Translations under genes and position numbers: made by a program
Notes under the pieces: generated by a model
Told to the model about the DNA's origin: nothing
What the model saw: only the letters and a program-made list of their open reading frames with translations
Databases searched by the model: none
Assembly: GCA_012295275.1 (NCBI GenBank)
Contig: CM022671.1
Span: 4,216,001 to 4,280,000 of the forward strand
DNA: 64,000 nt
Direction of reading: 5' to 3'
Origin: Chrysomallon squamiferum
Taxonomy: Eukaryota > Animalia > Mollusca
Shown here: positions 1 to 64,000 of the stretch, piece by piece
Position numbering within the stretch: position 1 is the first letter of the stretch
Layout: every line of letters begins with the position of its first letter

Positions 1-240
1 CACTTGGACACCAATTATTACATTAACTTTGTTGTTTTTTCTTTGAACCTCCAGACCAAAGCAGTCTGTCTTCCTAGCAATTTTGAAGACAGCATTAAGA
101 GAGAGAGAGAGAGAGATATCAATGTGTGTGTGTGTATATATTATACTGAAGGTTGTTTAAATTAATTAAAATGTTATGTCTTTTGTCAGTATAAGAAATA
201 TAGTGATATGAAGTGGAGTCTTAAAAGTGATCCGGCTAAT

Positions 241-271
<31 letters not shown>

Positions 272-1442
272 TCTATATACAAATTTATATATATATGTAC
301 GTATATGTATGTATATATATATATATGTGTGTGTATATTCAGTGCCAATTTTATAATAACAGTTCAGTAAATTTATGAACATGGTGTAACCTTGTCATAT
401 CAGGTGTTGTTAAACATGAGTGGAACATGGAAAGCAAGTCACAGGTAGATCAACAGTTTTATACACAACAGTTATAATTTATGTACTAGTATGATAATTC
501 ATATAATTTACATTTACATATATTCTTAAATCTTTTGAAATTAAAACAAACAACCTGTGAATAATAAATACATTTTATTTATAAATTTTATACATTTCAA
601 AATGCAAAGCAATGCAGAATTTTGTAGTTTAAAAAATTCTGGTTACTATAAAATTAAATGTTATATTTTTGTTAAATTCATGTGACAGAAATAATAAGGA
701 AATTTGTGTCTCACAGCAAACAGCCAAATGGCTTCTATTCTAAAACAAACCTGGTTAGTTAGAAAATAGTATGATCACAAAATAAGAATTAAAACAAACA
801 TTTTGATTGGGCTCCACTCAAATAACTTCTTGTTGTATTTTATGTTATTTTTAAGATAATAAATACATTTTAAAAAATGTTCATATCACAGTTGCAATAA
901 AGGAAATGAAAAAAATACATTCACAACTGAAAGTAAAATATACTTAATGTAAAGCATGTCCTTGCATGTTGAAAAGAACAGAAATATGAATTAAAAGATG
1001 TGAAATAAAAATTAAGTTTAATAAATTATACAAGAATCATTTTTAAAAAATTAGTAAATTTATGCTGTTTTTATAAAACATGGAATGTTGTGAAGAAATT
1101 AGAATGCTTATAAAAAGCAATTCAAATAAATAAATAAATAATATGTGATAATGCTGCAGAATGCTTTATTATAATGCTATATCTGAAAACAGAAAAACAA
1201 AAAGATTTTGTAAATTAGTTGGCTTGCATTTTTAATATATAAATTCTACCTTATTTAAACAAATAAAATAGTAACAACACTTTGAATCTGTATATCAACT
1301 GATACAAAAACAGAAATCATAATATCAAATATACCAGATTTGGTATGTACTTCTATGAGAATGACTTTTCTTAAAAACAAATTATTCTTTTTAATTATTA
1401 TTCTTATTGTTTTAGTTGTTCTTTCTCTCTTTCTTTTTTTAA

Positions 1443-1497
<55 letters not shown>

Positions 1498-4400
1498 TTT
1501 TTTTTTTTTCTATGCTTTTTTCACTTTAGTTACTGACCACTAATCATAATTATCATTATGGTACAAAATATTTAACAAAGTATAATAACTATAATAAAAC
1601 AATGATTATGAATTATAAAATATAAGTTTCAATTACAGAGATAGTTATGTTAAAACTAATACAAAACTTTGCTATATAACTAATATATGTTTTTGGAAAC
1701 TAACAAAATAAAAATATAAAACAAAAATATGTGATTAGGCTTTATTTTAACTAGATAATATTTCTTTTTGGAAAGCAGTATATGAAGTGATAATATTTTC
1801 CAAAAAGTTTACAACAATTTATCTCTGAATTAAAAAAATTATCAAACCTAAATTATTTATAAACTAAATCTGTTTGTAAAAATTATACTTATAAATAATA
1901 TATTATAAATAAACATATGCATAGTATAATAAATACTAGATAGATACATTTTTAATGATAAAGTAATTTGTTCCTTTAATGCTATTCCTTTATTTTGGCA
2001 TATTAATTGAGAAAAATCTAAATTTCAATGTTTTATTTAAACCAAATTTAACAGTCACAATTATTGTGCTATTTAAAACTAATTAAATGCAAAAGCATAA
2101 TCAATGTAATAACATGTCACTGTCTCCTTAATGCTAAATTTATTTTGGCACGAAAACAGCAAAACATAATTTAAAATTTCTGAAAATTAGAAATTTTGAT
2201 ATCGTACCTTTGAAATCAAATTTTCAAAATAATATGAAAAAAATCCAAAGAAAAAAATTAACAATTCGAATCATTGATGCTAATTTAAAACTAACATAAT
2301 CATTTTAATGGATATTTAGTAAATAAATAAACATGCTACAGTTTTTTGGTCATGTGTGCCAAGAGTTACAAAAGATATTCTTCAGACCACTGAGAAATTT
2401 TCAGTGATGCCATATCAAAATAATTATTTGTTAAGTGAGACCCTTATTGGATCTGTCCAGTAAAAAGATTGTAGCTTATTTCTGTGGTTAGTTCACTGCT
2501 CTCATGCAGTGATAGATATTTACTCTTTTTCATGTGTATGTCTCTAAAACAAACCACATCATAATTCAAAGAAACTGCTGTTTTCTTCTAACATCAAATA
2601 TCCACACAGAACCAACCAGAAACCCAGCTCATAAAATCTACAATTATTATGATTAAACAGCTAATGTTAAATAACTAAATAAATAACACACACATGGCTG
2701 ATATCAAAAACAAAACATAATATACAGTCTTTATTAAATAGCATGTATTACAAAATCAAATGTGTATTATCTAATAAATGAGGCCTATTTTACACAAATA
2801 AACATATTAAATAATAAATACAGTCTATATTGAATAATTAAACATTATAACACAGGGCATACAGTATTATTAAGTAAACATGAAATATGTTTGGAAATAT
2901 CACAGACTCAAGGGACTCTTATGTATTAAAAGCAGTCAACAGGTATAAAAAAGGTGAATATATAAATATACAATGCTGCAGTGACTAAACATTTGATTTG
3001 GTATTTGTAAATATTTGCCGGTGAAATATCACAATATGGTGAAAATAAAGAGAATCTTATAAAACTGTACATTAATACTGAATAAAAATCTGGACGGAAA
3101 ATTTCGATACTTTCATGTAAAAAGAACAGCAGTGAAAAAACTCATGAATGGGCAAAAATATTTTACATGAAGAAAAACTCATAAATAATCAGTCAACAAT
3201 GGTCAACAATCATCACTGATGTAAAGATTAAACACTGTACAGTGTTCATACTTTTGGTAAATGAAAAATTACAAAATTCTAACTTAATGAGAAACTAATG
3301 GATCTGAATCAATTACTTAAAATTTTATTATTTTATTTTTATATTTTAAAAAATTTATTACAAGTAAATAGTAATTATTCTAAATAAAGCAATCAAATTT
3401 AAAAAAATATGTACTTTTTAATTTTTTTGTACTTACAAAATGTCAAGTCTTAAAACGAGTCAACATCATTTATTTTATTTAAAAGTTGATATTTTCTTTG
3501 CATTGATATTTAAAATCAAATAAATGTCATTGTGAATGGAAAAATTTCAATACTTTTTGGTAATAACAGCAGAATAAAATATATAAATACTAGATTATTA
3601 ATGGAAAATAACAAAAACTTAAAAGCTTACAAATTAAAAAAAAAAAAAAAAAAAAAGGTTATTTAAATGATTATCAAGTGGAAAATTTCAGTTCTTTGTT
3701 GTAAAGTAACAGCAGTAAAAGCCTCACACATTAATAAATAATTACTAATGAATTAACTTTGTTTTAATTCTTTGATAATGAATAATTATAATAATTTTTA
3801 AAAATCAGTAAATCGTTGTGAATAATTCATTAATTAGTGAATAAAATTATGCATAAAACTTATTAAATATAAAAATATAGAGTGAATTCTATATTGGATT
3901 TCAATAATTTATTTTTCTTTTCATTGTTTTTCCATCTTTTTCCTCAGACATTTCAGTAATTCAAAGTAAAATTACCAGAACATTTCAATGTTATAAACAG
4001 ATTGTATTAGACTGCTTTGTTATTCATTTCAATTATTTCAATTAATTTTTATTCTATATATATATATACACACACATACAAAATGAAATACATTAAATAA
4101 CAATAATTCTACTTCCTGCATTAAATGTTAATGTCCTGTTTTTTACATTAGATGATTGTTTAGATTTTTTTCTTTATATGTAAGTAACAAGGTTTTTTTT
4201 TTTGCAGTACTTATAAAAGTCTATTTTTCTATACTAAATTATCAGTCCATATTCTTGCATTATTATTTTATCAAATATTCATATTTGGTTGTCTAATTCT
4301 CTGCATTCTATATAATAATCCATTTCCTACATTAAATAATAATAGTCCATATTCCTGTATTGTTTTAACATCCAGTTTCTTGCATTACACGTAATTATCT

Positions 4401-4574
4401 GTTTTTCTATAATAAAAATAATAAAAATAATCCAAATGTCATATTTTATGCTATTGTCTAACTGTTTGCATTACATACAACAGTCCATTTCTCAACATTA
4501 AGAAACAACATTCCAGATTCTTTCATTAAATGTAACAGTTCCATGTTTCACTTTCTACATTAAGTTATTGTCCT

Positions 4575-4700
4575 ATATTTTCTTGGATTTAAACATAATA
4601 GTTGAGTTTCTTGCATTCAAACATAATAATTGAGTTTCTTTGATTTAAACATAACAGTCAAATTTCTTGGATTCAAACATAATTCTATATTTTCTTGGAT

Positions 4701-4725
<25 letters not shown>
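4575..4725. repeat. About 28-bp minisatellite overlapping the stop codon
   Basis: About 5 copies of tttcttggattcaaacatartagtcaa; more degenerate copies continue toward about 4240. Confidence 0.7.
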
Positions 4726-63370
<58,645 letters not shown>

Positions 63371-63644
63371 CTGAAAGAGAAACCAGACAATCTATCATTT
63401 ATACTGATTTTTAGAAACTGAATGGAATATAAAATCCACACAATAAACTACAAAACATTCAGGTTAAAAAAAAAATAATAAAATAAAAAAAAATAAAAAT
63501 TATCATAATGATTATATATTATACACTTCCATATACTATTGTTTTTTTTTGGTAAATAGATTCAAGTATTTTCTTTCAAAATAACACAAGAGAGGAAAAC
63601 CTTCCAAGAGCTGTTCATATCAGTTAACAGCACATTCATTTTCC

Positions 63645-64000
63645 TGCAGACAGAACAGTACATACCATGATTTCTAATAAAACTGGTAGATGGGATATGA
63701 CTGTTATTTTCTTAAACAGACAGAACAGTACATACCACGATGTTTGATAAAACTGTGGATGAAACGACTGATACCTGGGATCTGACTGTTGTTTTCTTAA
63801 ACAGACAGAACAGCACATACCATGATGTTTGATAAAACAGTGGATGAAATGACTGATACATGGGATCTGACTGCTGTTTTTTTAAACAGACAGAACAGTA
63901 CATACCATGATGTTTGATAAAACTGTGGATGAAAAACTGATACCTGGGATCTGACTGTTGTTTTCTTAAACAGACAGAACAGTACATACCATGATGTTTG
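63645..64000. repeat. About 85-bp minisatellite, at least 4 copies, running off the window end
   Basis: Unit acagacagaacagtacataccatgatgtttgataaaactgtggatgaaa..gactgatacctgggatctgactgttgttttcttaa. Confidence 0.9.

Overview
This is AT-rich, microsatellite-dense eukaryotic genomic DNA. It looks like an invertebrate animal, possibly lophotrochozoan; that is inferred from composition only. Almost the whole window is one spliced minus-strand gene. Its 5' end lies beyond position 64000 and its stop codon is at 4701-4703. By hand I chained about 56 phase-compatible core exons (about 3100 aa), plus two giant exons and several candidate microexons (about 4400 aa if all are included). Inferred protein, N to C: at least 5.5 cupredoxin-like beta-sandwich repeats lacking the type-1 copper Cys/His/Met ligands; a chitobiase/FN3-associated (YTTDG) domain; 2 FN3 domains; a long disordered linker built from phase-1 symmetric cassette exons; about 14 more FN3 domains; a TlpA/redoxin-type thioredoxin fold with a monothiol WCLAS (CxxS) site; and a basic tail ending DYYV. 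I cannot assign a gene symbol. Notable points: the domain architecture itself, a giant-exon/microexon switchable linker carrying PP1-type docking motifs and di-Cys microexons, tandem arrays seeded on the gene's own splice junctions, and four 1-nt frameshifts at short base runs that are probably assembly errors. I found no prokaryotic systems, RNA genes or recognisable transposon ORFs.
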